This document shows positions 36,510 to 49,000 of a DNA stretch of 64,000 bases, in pieces. This DNA is from Lepidodermella squamata (Eukaryota > Animalia > Gastrotricha). The translations under genes and the position numbers were made by a program. How positions within the stretch are numbered: the stretch's first letter is position 1; each line of letters begins with the position of its first letter. The DNA is taken from NCBI GenBank assembly GCA_047495785.1, contig JBLDXI010000032.1, positions 3,906,001 through 3,970,000 of the forward strand, read 5' to 3'. The notes under the pieces are model-generated. The model was not told where the DNA came from, ran no database searches, and saw nothing but the letters and a program-made list of their open reading frames with translations.

Positions 36510-39500
36510 ATGGATTCTCTTGTCGTCAGAAGGACTGCCGCCGAGAAAGCGGACGTGTTACTTTCTAAGAATAGAAAGCAGCGTTCTGCTCGTGTACGTT
36601 ATCCACCTGTTGTGGTGTGCACCGGACTTCCGCCCCTTGTAGACGGCCAAATCAGATGCTTCTTGAAAGTCACTATCAGAAGATTACGCCTGGTACAAGC
36701 TGACTTGAATGAATTCAACGATTTGATTATAAGAGTTAAATGGTGGGGCGAACCTTCGGATGGAGCTTATTTCAAGCCTATTTGTGGTCGAAAGAAATCT
36801 GGACGGCAAATTACTGCTCGCTACGCAGTGCGATGCGGCCCAAAACAGTTCTCAGCTTACTTGATGGATGCTGGAGCGCTAACAATGGAGTTACTTCCTG
36901 ATGGAATCTATGACAAAGCATTGGGCATTGCCAATATTACTGATATTGTCAATTTATCGATGCAGCGCCCTATCATCGGTTGGTATAAAATGCTAGCCCT
37001 CAGTAGTCACAAACACGTCGCTGATGTTCATGTGAACTTATCATTTTGCGAGTTGCAGGACATTTATGGCGAAAGTTCTGGCACTGGTACCGGAACAGAA
37101 AGATCTCAGGACGAATCAGATGATTCGACGAGTCAACCTGAGATGCCAGCAGGGCGTACCTATCGTGTAGAGACTGGTTTCTCATTGAATGATCAGCCTG
37201 CCAGAGCAAATCCAGGTCGAGTATCGTTTCAGCTAGATGAGCAAGTTGACTCGGATTTGAATCAACGCCTCAGAGGGCGATCGAGTAATTCGGCCGTAGC
37301 AAGTGAGGTTGATCGTTTGATTGAACGGGCCGAGCTTCTAAAAATGTTGGTATCACCTGATCCGGGGCATATATCGCACTCGGCCCCCGCATCTGCTCAC
37401 CGACCGAATTCTGAACTTGATTTCGACGCAGATAATTCAGATCTATATAGTGATACAAGCCTCATAGCGGATCTGTATTATTCAAAATCTAAAAAGCCGA
37501 TGGCGAACCAGGCAGTAGATACTGCCGTTCAAGTTTCACCGAACCGCACTCCGCGAAAGTCCGCTCTCAGATCACCTGACAGCCCTGTCGCTATTCTACG
37601 TTCGCCAGCAAGATCTCCTCGCTTTGAAGTTCGCAGGGTCACATCTCCCAAAGTTGTAAAGTTCATCGACTCTCCTTCAAAAAAGGCTGTACCAAATGAG
37701 CTCTTCTCGCTATTGAAGCGGGTTAATGGTGCTTTGGTTCATGTCCATTCACTATGTCTATCACCCGGAGACTATCGCCATTTTATCGCCGGTTCGATCC
37801 CTCGCAGATCGCTACCAGGTTCGGCGTCGTCGTTGTCGAAGCCGCCTCGGCCGCTTAAAATATCATTTTTCGTCAACGCACAACTGCCCACTGGAGAAAT
37901 GTGTCAATTGACTCGAATCTGCGGCAAAGCTGATCTCGGAACTAATATCATTGATATTGAGCAGGCGGAAATAATTCCGCTCGATATGAGTGAGAGTAAA
38001 GTTAAATTGTGGCTGGAATCAGCTGCAGTCACCTTTCGTGTGTCCTGCCGTCACGCCAGTGTGCATCGAACTCAACCACTCGGCGTTTCAGTGTTCAGCC
38101 TGGAACCGCTTCTCTTTTCAGAGAATTTCAAATCTCGTCAACATGTTGTGCTGAGCAGCCGAAATCCCGGGTCGACAATGGAGATTTCTATCGAGTTGCG
38201 AGTTGCTCAACTGAGTGAGCAAGAATTGGCCGCTCAGTTCGACGAACAAGAGCGTCAGCAGCAACAAGAAATTCCGGAAAAAATCGAATCTAAACCTCAA
38301 AATGACCAAATTGTTGCACCCCCACCAGCTTTACAACCCGCAGTTCCGCTGGTTCTCATGTTTTGCGTGAATGAGGTGGAATTTATGGATTCTTTCGTTA
38401 ACCGAATGGCCGGTGCGACATCTATAGCTCAAAGTGTAGCGAAAGATGACGAAAATGTGTCAAGTCGCTGGGAGGTTTACCTGACGTCAGCTGCATTTTC
38501 TCAGCCCCGCAGGTCTTCAAGCCGCCGTCAAGTTATTATGAAGCCACCGAAAGTTTCATTCGCCCCGAAACTCCAGGTTTTCTACGTTTATAACTTGGAG
38601 CCTCATACTGCTGCAAGATTTGAAGATAATCACCTAATTGTCGAGTTGAGACGGCATTTGCCGAACGAAGAAGAAGACCAGTTACTAGCGATTTGCAAGG
38701 TCTCCCTTCATCAGGTAAATATCAAAGAAATGTTATTTTATTTGCATATGCTAATGTTTGATTTTCAGCTTTATTTAGCGTTCGGCTGTGACCCTGTTGC
38801 AACTTCAGCAGTGTTGAAATCACCCGGGCCCGTTGTGGCGATTTCTGACGAATTTCTACCCGCTGATGACCCGTTCACCCTAGCCTCAGTTGCCCGTCTT
38901 CGCTGCACCCTAACTGCTGGATCAGCCGATCAAATCGCGCATTTCAACGCCGTAAGATCGAACCGTGAGCTGATGCAGTCTCCTTCGGCTGGAAATTCTA
39001 CATCATCGCAAGCTAAGGACGATCGGCGGTTATCAGATGGTCGCCGCTCTTCGACGGAAAATTCGAAAAAGGACCAAAATAAGTTGATTGTGACGATAAC
39101 CGAGCTCGACCAGTTGTACGTCCCGGTCGATATTACCGACTCAACTGGCCGCGAGGTCGATTTATTCGTCACATATCAGTTTCCTGCTATTCTCGGGTTG
39201 AAAAGCGGCGAGGCGTCCAAGCCTGAAATTCGCAGCTTTAAAACGCCAATGCGGCCGTATCAAGGCCCGGCTTCGACGATTTCGTTCGGCAATGACGCCT
39301 CTAACACGCATGATTTCGCTTCGTCATCATCGCCGCTTGATTCTAGCAGTTTACTCGCTGATTTAATCCGCAGTTTTTCATTTGTCAACACCCACTCGTC
39401 GACGCTTGGCGTTGATTTCGCAGTTTCGATGCGGTTGTACCGGCCTGTTGTTCGAGACATGGTGATTGGCTATGCTACGTTGAGTTTGACTCGACTCGCT

Positions 39501-42500
39501 TCGCTGATTACATCGGCCAAATCAGCAAAACATAGACAGCATATTTTCGTGAGGTTGCCAGTTACCCCAGCTGAGCAAAAACACCCGGTTGGCTGGTTGA
39601 CAGTCCGGCTTGATTTTTCTGGAACAATCCTCGATTCATCAGCTTCGATGAGTAAAGTTATTCCTAGTTCTTCGAAACTCGAAGAATCGACGAATCACGG
39701 CCAAATGAGGATTAACGTCCGTCGGGCCTTCAATCTTCGAAGTGCTGCAAAGCGTCTTGGCCTCAGAATATCTTCATCGTCAAGCGGATTCAAGGTAAAA
39801 ATGATTAATTTTACTATCAAATTATCTATATTTTTCATATTAAGGCTTATTGCGGCTTGAAGACGTCCAGCTCAGTTACAACGAAAAGTGAATGCGAGGT
39901 CTCTGATCGGTCTTATTGCCCAGTTTTTCGGACCGCCCTGTTCGAAATTGCGCTGAAGAATAACCGAGCCGAAGATTTTGAAGTTCAGCTGTTCGCTCGA
40001 GATCGTCGCCAGGGCGATTTACTAATCGGCAGTGTTCTGATCAAGTCGTCGCTGATCGACCTGTTACTGCGATTCAGGCCAAAACCGCAATCCGCTTTCG
40101 TTTTGCCGATCACCTGCGAGCAGTCGCTAACGAACAGCGATGTTTTGATAGAAAATGCGATAGGTTGCCTGGAATTGGACATTCAAGTGCCTAGCCATGG
40201 CCAACATGGCATACCAGTCAATATTCCGTCGTGGTTTCAACTCGAACCGCGAGCTAAAATTTCGTTCTTTGTCGATAAAATCGCATTGGCTTTGCCGGTT
40301 GCGAATTTCATCAGCAGTGAAGATGTTTTCAAATGCCGCTTGTCGATTGGCGATTCTTACTCGTCGCCTCTTTCGATTTCAACCGCCAGGCCGCAATCGG
40401 CGACTTACAATGAAGAAGAAGTTGTTATTGTGTCGACTTATCAAGATTCAATCATTCTCGAACATGCTGTGCCTTGCCCGCCTTTTGCTGATTTGGTCGA
40501 TTTTCTGGCTAGGTGAGTAGTTTTCACTCGAAAATTAGGATTGAAATTAGCACTTTGGTTCTTTTCATACGTTTTTTTCACAATTTCTCAAAATTTTGAA
40601 TTGTTGAATTTGCTGTAAAGGGGTCTTGTTTTCGTTTATTGGGCTCAGTTTTTTCAAGGTATTCATTTTTCAAACCGCCAAAAGATGCGCCTTAAGAAGC
40701 CGGATACTTGGGTCATTAGGTATTTTTGTAATTTCTGACAACCTTTAGTGAATATGAGATGCGAAGGTCACATTTGAACAGCATGTAATTTATAGAAAAA
40801 TGAGAAAAGGGAGTATTCTCAGGCATCAAATTCAAGTAGCAATTAATGAAAATGAGCTCATTTGTCATTAATTTTTGGAGTTTTGACGATGATCGAAGTT
40901 ACCAGTTTTACAGCATTCGTGAATAAATATGTACACAAATATTGCGCTAAATCCGGCTATTTTGAGAGGATAGTCTTGTAGAAATTCATTGAACATTGTT
41001 CTGAGGGGGTGAAACGCTCAGTAGCTGTGGTTATGGCAACTGATCAGGCCTTGAACTCGACACCTTAAAGCCTGGAATTTCGGAATCAAAAGCTTCATCC
41101 CAAGGCCTATCTCCTCAAGGAATGCATAGCACGTCACCCAGTTTTCAGTTGTACTCCCTGATCGGTCGGCTTACTAATGAATTCATGGCACATCATAGCT
41201 TCAGCAAATTGACGGAAGTGTACTTTATCAATTTTCAGGTATAAAAATGACAAGTGACTTACTTGGTGAACAACCGTGTTGCTAGGGCTAAGGCTAGTTG
41301 ATTTTGCCTTGTAACCTGCCATCATGTTGAATGTAGTGATCGCCATTGGTGCTTGAATGATACTTGAAATAAGCACTTTGGTTCTTGTAGTCTGTTTTTT
41401 TGATGATTGCTCAAATGTTGAATGGTTTAATTTGCTGTAAATTTACACGAACCCCGCTTCATGGTGCAATCCTGCTCTAGTAAATTGCCGAGTTATGCAC
41501 TAGATTCCCACGAAACGAGAGCAGTATATTTTCGTGTACCTTACTTCATCCACTGAGTGTTCGAAAAATGTTTCCCTCAGGAAGGAATTAGCAAGTACCG
41601 GTGTAGCCTTCAGTGAGAGGTAACCACGCAGATTTTGATATTTTATCTTACTAACGTACGATTTGAAGAGGGACTTCAGGAGGCTTCTCAATTCTTTATA
41701 GTTCGCATCATTAACAGGATGCATATTGTAACGGTTGGCGGACACTTCTTGTTAATAACACCTAAGAAAACAAGAATGTAACGGGTTACATGGATTTACT
41801 GTCATCTGAGAAAACTCTGAGAAAAACTTTTGAATGGCGAATCACCCTCCCGCGAATACTGACTTCAGCTGTCGAGGTGATATTGCAGTGTCTTACAGCG
41901 AAGAAGCAAGTTGTCCTGTGGATGGTCTTCTGTATAAGGAAAATAAAAGTAAAAAGAAACTCATTTCTTTTTAAGTGCATTAATCGGTGTCACTGTAGCG
42001 ATCGGCTTATCATTGACTTCCGCGCCTACGGTAGCAGGATTTGAAATTGAAACTTCAACGCCTGGGTTTGGTTGAATACATCGTGACCACGTTATCCTCT
42101 TCATCGTTGCGTAGTTACAAGCATTACTGAATCCTCTTTTCCCTTGATAATGGCTGGTTCTGGCAAAGAATCGTGATACATTTTCTGCAGTTTGGAATAC
42201 AACGACTCTAAAATTTCTTCAATTCTCACATTTTTGTTGTTACATACGGCTAATGAATACAGGCGCGTGAAAAGGCAACCTGCTCGTTATTCGCCTCATA
42301 CTCGGCAGCAATAGGGTGGTCCCCGCCAGAGCTACCGGCGCGCCCCGACTCGGCTTGAGCAACCAGATCGACATGTTTGCGTCTCTTTTTGACCTAAAAA
42401 ATCCACCCCATGATCACGGTGAGCATTAATCCAGCCACTGCACCGAGACCAACAAGAGCGCTAAGTAAGGGAATATGAGTTGATTGTTGACAAAAACCAT

Positions 42501-44915
42501 GATCCTACATCTGATGGCTAAGCCAAGTTGGCCATTGAGCACTGGTTAAGTGAGGGCTCCCACGAGACGTAGCTTGAAGTTGAATGAAAAATCAGATTAG
42601 TTGAATAAGTTGACGTAGATGGGTCCCGTGTCTCGGGTGAGCCTGGTGATGAGCAAACCCAGCGGTGAGACTTTGACGCCAAAACCTACTTTGTTACACC
42701 GTTAGCTAAGGCAACGGTTTTTCTTTTCTTAATCCTGCTAATTGTTATTAAACTCGTACTAAATTGTGTTTAGGTCCTCGGCTAAGATCGAAGTTCAATA
42801 CGACGGGTCGATCTACTTTTCCGTGGTGCCGTTGATAAGCTTGTTGTCAAAGCAAAGCATTCCCGGCCAATACCCGCTGACCTCAATGGAAACCCCGGAT
42901 TTCCACGGATCCTGCGTCTACGCTCGAGTTGCAGTCGAAGCTCTGTCTTCAAGCTCATCAAACTCCATCAAAGACCGAATTTCCAGTGCGAAATCGCTGA
43001 AGAAAGAAAGCGACTGTTTTGTCGCATCGGTCGGCGTATCCCGAGCCCTGCATTTGCCTGTTCACCTCCTGGCATCCGAAGTGTATGTCGTAGTCGGCGC
43101 GTGGGAGCCGATCCGCACCCACAACGCGCCATCCGGCGACCGGCCTGTCTGGAATTTCGCGACAGAGACGCTGATACCAAAGGACTTACTTCAATCTGGC
43201 GGGTTAATGTTCCGCCTATTCACGAATTCCGGGTCGAAAAACGAGGAAGATGCTGTGATTGGGTACGCCTCAGTCGATTTGACATCGCTATCGCTAGGCA
43301 TCAGCCAGATTTCGGGCTGGTACCACCTGGTCGACGCGTTTGGCCATTGTCTAGGGCAAATTCTTGTCTCGATCCAGCCTATTGAAGAAGTCTTCACCCC
43401 AGCCCGCCCGTCCAGTTCATGTCTGGTCGCTCCAGTCAATTCGATCCCAAGGCCGAAAAGTGTGGACGTTCAAACCGACATCCCTCGCCAGTCTGTCTCA
43501 GTTTCAACAAGCACCGGACCTGGCATTGACGTTGACCAGTTGGAGTCGCTGTCGAGAAGGATTGCGGTACTACTAGCCGACCCGTTACCGCCTCGATTTT
43601 CGAATTCCACCGTTGAAAATTCGACAGTAATGTCGCCGCGGCAACTTCTGGACATCTCAACCGAGACTGAACGTGTTCGACGCGTTGAACGGTCCACCCA
43701 AAACTCGGTCAAATCGTCATCGAGCAGCTCTTCATCATCGTCATCTCGTCGTTCGATTGAAATTCCAGTTCTAGAATCGAAACCAGCGACGAAACCGCCC
43801 AGCCCTGACCCGGTTAATCTGCTGTTTGAAATCGATCAAATGATCAATGATGCTCGATCGCCGTCGCCTGTTCAACCGCCCTTTGTGACATCTGCGATTG
43901 ATGAGCACCTGTTTGGATCGACTTGCCATGAAGAAGCGACTCGGCCGATGGCGACGTTACGCGCTAACGCTTCGACGGATTTTGAAAGCGAGGATGACAG
44001 GTTTCATCACTACACGATGTCTCCGAGTGTTTTGGAACGCATTGAAAAGCGTGAAAATGATGAGAATGATCGATCTATTCACGAGGTTGTTGAGGCTGAA
44101 GTTGCTTCAACTCGATCTGACTCACCTCCACCCCTGGAAGTTCAATCCCAGGCATCAACGGAGGAGTGGTCGCATAATTCAGCGGTAGAACACAGCGATG
44201 ACAAGCAAGATGATAACTCAGATCAGGTAAATTTGCGCGAAAACTCATGGATTTTTTTCTAATTTTTCATCGTTTTTAGGTTGATGAGCTGTTTGCCCTG
44301 AACATGGCTGCCGAAACGACTGTCAACGGCCTTGACCGGCCCAACATGACCAGTGTTGAACAGGCGATGGGTGATTGGTCGACCATCATGCCTAACCAGC
44401 TTAATTCACCACATCACTCGTCATCGCCAGTTTCAGCTCGCAATTCTGTGAAAGAGGATGCTAATAAGCGCGGGAGTGATGCCGCTAATCATCAACCAGC
44501 TACTTCAGGCTATTACACCCCGGTTTTCGATGAAGAATCTACCCCGCGTGGCCAGGGTGCCGAAACCCCTGAAATCGACGCATCTCGTGCCTCTAGTCGA
44601 CGAAATCGCCGTTCGCCTCCAGCTTGGCTTGCAGGTAAATTTTTCCGAAAAAAATCATGATTTTTCGATTAAAATTTTTTTTTTGAAGATGCAAATGCTA
44701 AGTTGGCCACTGCTTTGCCGTCGTTCTTCCCTCACCCTGACACCCTTCGCTCAGCGTTAGAGCGTGTTCGATCTCAGCGAAACAGCGATCAAACCCCGGT
44801 TATTGACCTCAGCTCGTCGTTGAATGAAACCGCCGAAGCGCAACGCCGCCGCTCGTTGCCAGTTTTCGACGTCGAAGAAGCGCGCCGCATCGCTAGAATA
44901 TTTGCGGCGAAATAA
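36510..44915 (+). CDS. C2CD3: C2 domain-containing protein 3 (distal centriole/ciliogenesis)
   Basis: N-terminal LPPLVDGQIRCFLKVTI...VKWWGE...RYAVRCGPKQFSAYLMD, C2 domain with IGYASVDL...GISQISGWY, and C-terminal EEARRIARIF. Introns 38715-38768, 39795-39844, 40513-42773, 44227-44279, 44635-44688. Confidence 0.9.
40560..42720 (-). mobile_element. Unidentified insertion in C2CD3 intron carrying a decayed antisense multi-exon reading frame
   Basis: The intron is 2261 nt, whereas the other C2CD3 introns are 50-54 nt. Minus-strand ORF fragments (41134-41376, 41500-41745, 41786-41980) have GTAAG donors and pyrimidine-AG acceptors but are interrupted by stops. Boundaries are approximate. Confidence 0.4.
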
Positions 44916-45187
44916 CTCAGCATCATTTTTGTGAATTTTTGTATTGCGCTCAATTTTTACTGTTATATCACCGCGTTGTTTCATCAACTCACCATGCACC
45001 TCAAAGTCTACTGCTGCTATTTCATGGTTGTTTTGTTTCACTCTTCCTTCATGTTCTCATGATCACTTTTTGACAAATTTTTGACGTTGAAATTTACGCA
45101 GAAGAAAAATAAATTGATATCGTTTTGCATTGAGAGTTTTTTCGTGATAAAAAAAATCCGCCTTAAATTTATTTTTAAAATTTAATA

Positions 45188-45681
45188 ATGGCTGCTGCGG
45201 TAATTTTTTATTACTATATTTTTGGAATGGTAAGATTTCCCATGGTGTCTCTCACGCATCCTATTAGTTCTTTCCCTAGGATATCAGACTCAGGAGAGCC
45301 GAGTTAAGGAGGCTGCATCATGCGATGCGCTTCGCTGCTTGCTCGAAAAATTTCATTCTCATGTCAATGGTCTTGTCGGCTATATCAATCGGCCTATCTG
45401 CCTCGTATTTCTACAGCATGAGAACGCGGCCGAATGTCCTCATTCGACGCAGCGTAGATTTGACTCCCAACGAAGCCTGTGCTGCGTTCAGTGCGTTCTC
45501 TATCGCTCTGCATCTGCTTCGCGGCTTGATAATATGGTGTACAAGAGGTCGGCAGCTCGTCAACCAGCGATTGATAGACGCCATTTTTTATTTGATCGAC
45601 GTCACTGTGACACTCGTTGTTGCAAGTGCGCAAGTGTACATTTATCTGAAAATGAAGGCCGGTCTGCCCGGGTGGGATTAA
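45188..45681 (+). CDS. Small multi-pass membrane protein, unknown family
   Basis: Exons 45188-45229 and 45280-45681 (GTAAG...CCCTAG, phase 0), with about three hydrophobic segments. Confidence 0.55.
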
Positions 45682-46053
45682 ACGGCAGATACTAATTGAG
45701 TGTGATCCCGAGATGACCTCGCTATGATCGCACCCGCGCGTGCGCACAACTGACCCTGACCATGAGATATCAAATATATTTATGTTAATTAATTCCGATA
45801 AGGATATTAATACCAACTGCGAAATAAAGTTGCGGTTTGCCACTTGCCGATAGTTTAACATCTCATCCGGGTCAGCAATCAGCCCTAGAATTGCATTTCA
45901 AGCGGTGCCTGTATCATTTTACGAAATAGTTTACCTTCAAGTTGAGGTCATTCTGCTTATTTCCATAATTTTAGGTTGATGGATCACAGAAGATTTTTAT
46001 GAAAATATCAACAATTTTGCAAAATATTATTGTAACGCTGTTCGCTGTTTATT

Positions 46054-49000
46054 ATGTGCGACTGTTTTTTCCCCGCACCGCCTAATCGAAAATCATCGCT
46101 ATTACTTGGAAACGCTCGGCTTGAGTCGCAAAAGCAGGAACAACAGTTACAACGCCTTGTTGCCGCCTCGCTGCCGCAACTTTACCCGCAACAACAACAA
46201 GGTCATCCGTATCCTATCTTCCAGCCATCTTACAAGCCAGACAGGCCCTTGAGTAAGTATTGAGGCACAATCATTTAAATTGCATGATAAATCGCATGTT
46301 ATTAAAGCCCATTTAACACTGTTTATACAACACCCTGATTTCCGAAGCCACCTGTTTACACGGCATGCTTTCTCGCTGATTAATAATTGCATGTGATCGC
46401 TGTATTAATTTAATTTTAAAATTTTATTATTTGCGTCTGGAGGCCTCTTTGACCCGTCGACATTGTCGCGCCAAACAGGGTGCGCGTTCACAGGGACCCG
46501 CTCGCGTGTTAAGCTAATTTTAACAGTAAAAATGTGCCACTAAATCTATCACATTATAGTTAGATCGATTCCATATGTACCAGTGTGTGATACAGCTTGT
46601 CGCGGGGCGCAATTACGCTCGCTTTGCGATCGGTGCCAAAAGTCATGCGCCCTTATGTCAGCGCGAGACGCGCCTGTAATATCCAGTGCAAACACACGTC
46701 TCATCAAATTATTCCATTGATACATAGGCAGTAACCCTCAATCAGGCGACGATTTTGCGTATTTCCTCTTAGTTCATCGTTTCACACAATCCTCTTGATT
46801 TTTTTTATTAGTCCCATTGTTTTTATATGCTCTTAAGCTTCTTTTATCGACATACTAAATTGGTTGGCAGTAAACAAAAATGTCTGTAAACAAAACGAAC
46901 AACAATTTTGACCGCATAGCTGGGCTAAAAAATCAATTTGACAACTCTGTTTGTGACAAGATCTTTCAAACGCGGAGTATTCGATGCGAATCAAGTAATC
47001 ATTACAATTTACTTATTGGCAGGGACCATTATTTTTGTTTGCGCTTCGCCTCTTTTTCGTTGAGATATTTTTTCGAGCATGAGCTTGCCGTGACATCTTT
47101 TTTGTTCGTTTCGCAGACTGCATTTTCAGATTTCAGAAGACTTTCACTTATTGTCGAAACGACGAATGTCTCTCGAACCTTCTGTTGCACTACTCGTGGA
47201 TGGTGTGTACTATCGTGCGGTTCAAGTGCCCGTTTTTCGCACTTGAAAAACTGCTCGACCTTATGTCGCGCGTTTCGGGTGTCCAGAGAACACGACTTTT
47301 GGTGTGCGCGTCGTTAATTAATTACACAATATATTTTTAACCAATATGCTTAGCCCATCACCCATATTTTCTAGGCTAACATTCCATAGAGATTACAGTT
47401 GTAGCCAATGAATGAATCGGAGATGCCCTGCGGCTCTTTAATATACGATATTTTTTGATAATGACCATAGCTATTTTTGGTGAACGGTATTTGTCACATT
47501 TATTGAATATTTAACCCACACCCTCGCTCGTGATTTTAATTTTTAAGGCTGCCTCTAGCGGCCAGGCGATCGGTCAAAGTTTTGACAGGTGTCGCAGCCG
47601 CGCGGCCACGCAAAATGTAGGCGCAACCATAGCAAGCGTAGGCTGTCGCATCAATCAAAAACAACTGAATGTAGGTGTGCGGCCTTTTTTGCGCGCGATC
47701 ATATTTAATCAGCCATTGTTTATGGCATATTTTACGCGGAAATATTTTGAAAGTTATTTCAGGAATAAACCTATTTTTGGTCTAATAGATGCGATATAAA
47801 TGCAAATATGCTACTCGCGGCACTCGATATAACCAATATTTTGAAACAAACCCCAGGGATATGTTGCACCTGTTGAGCGAAAACAACAACGATATAGGAT
47901 ACCTATACGCGGACATTACATGAAAATTGAATTTTATTTTTGGTTAATTTTTTTCAAAATCCGCTAGAATATCACAGTGAATTAATTAGTTCAAGCCGCC
48001 TATCGTCCGAATTTTAAGAAAGGAAGCTGTTAAACTTGCCAGTTGATTTTAATTTTTCCTGCGATTTCTCACACGCTTTTTTCGCGAAATTCCCATGTCG
48101 CCATTCTCCAAAACAACAACAACAAATTGGGACTCCTGGTCGAAAAATAATTTACCGTAGTTTTTGCGGCACATTGTCTACCTGATTTGTTGTTCCTCGC
48201 GACATTTAGCCGTGTTTTCTTGTTTGGATTAGCGCTTACGGACAAAAATCGCGCGATAATTAATCAAATTTTAACTAGGCTTGTGCGCGCCCCGATTTAT
48301 TGCGCGCTTAGATATATTTAGCGCGCATCGTTAATTAAATGAAATAATAGCAATAATGGTGATCGACGACGCAGCCATGCAGCACATCTGCTGGTTTTGG
48401 TGGCCGGCCGCTATCAATCACCCCCGTATGCTGTAAAATTAGATGCCCAGACATGCAATAGATTGGCAGCTGAAGTTATAGCGCTTATCGTATAAACAAA
48501 AAGTCGCGCGCTGAAATATTTTTTCACTTGCGATGACTTGTTGCCATAAACAATCCCAACAATCGCGGCCTAGTTTTCAAGCGTTTTGTTATTGTTATAT
48601 AAATTAATCACTCGGATTCTGTTTTTATATTCCCATTTGACCTTTTTGATATTATTCACGTTATTCATTTATATCTGGAAGGAAATGTTACGCATGCAAG
48701 AGTGTCGGCGCCTTTAAAACTGCGCATTATTTTTGTCTCTCGAAACTTTGGTGGCGCCGGTCGAGTGTGGCGATATTGATAATTAAAAATCGGCGCCAAC
48801 TTCTGGTGTTGTTGCGGCCCCTGTTGACGGCGAAAAAATTTCCCCGATTTTCACATCGTCTGTGCGAAGTTTTGTGAATTTTAAAGTGAGGCGAATTGGC
48901 GATTTTATTCTGGCCGTTTTCATTTGACTTGATTTGATGCTTGCCGTTGCGCCGCCGCTCCTTCTCAGAGCCGTGTCACCGAGCCAAGTCGTACTTTGTT

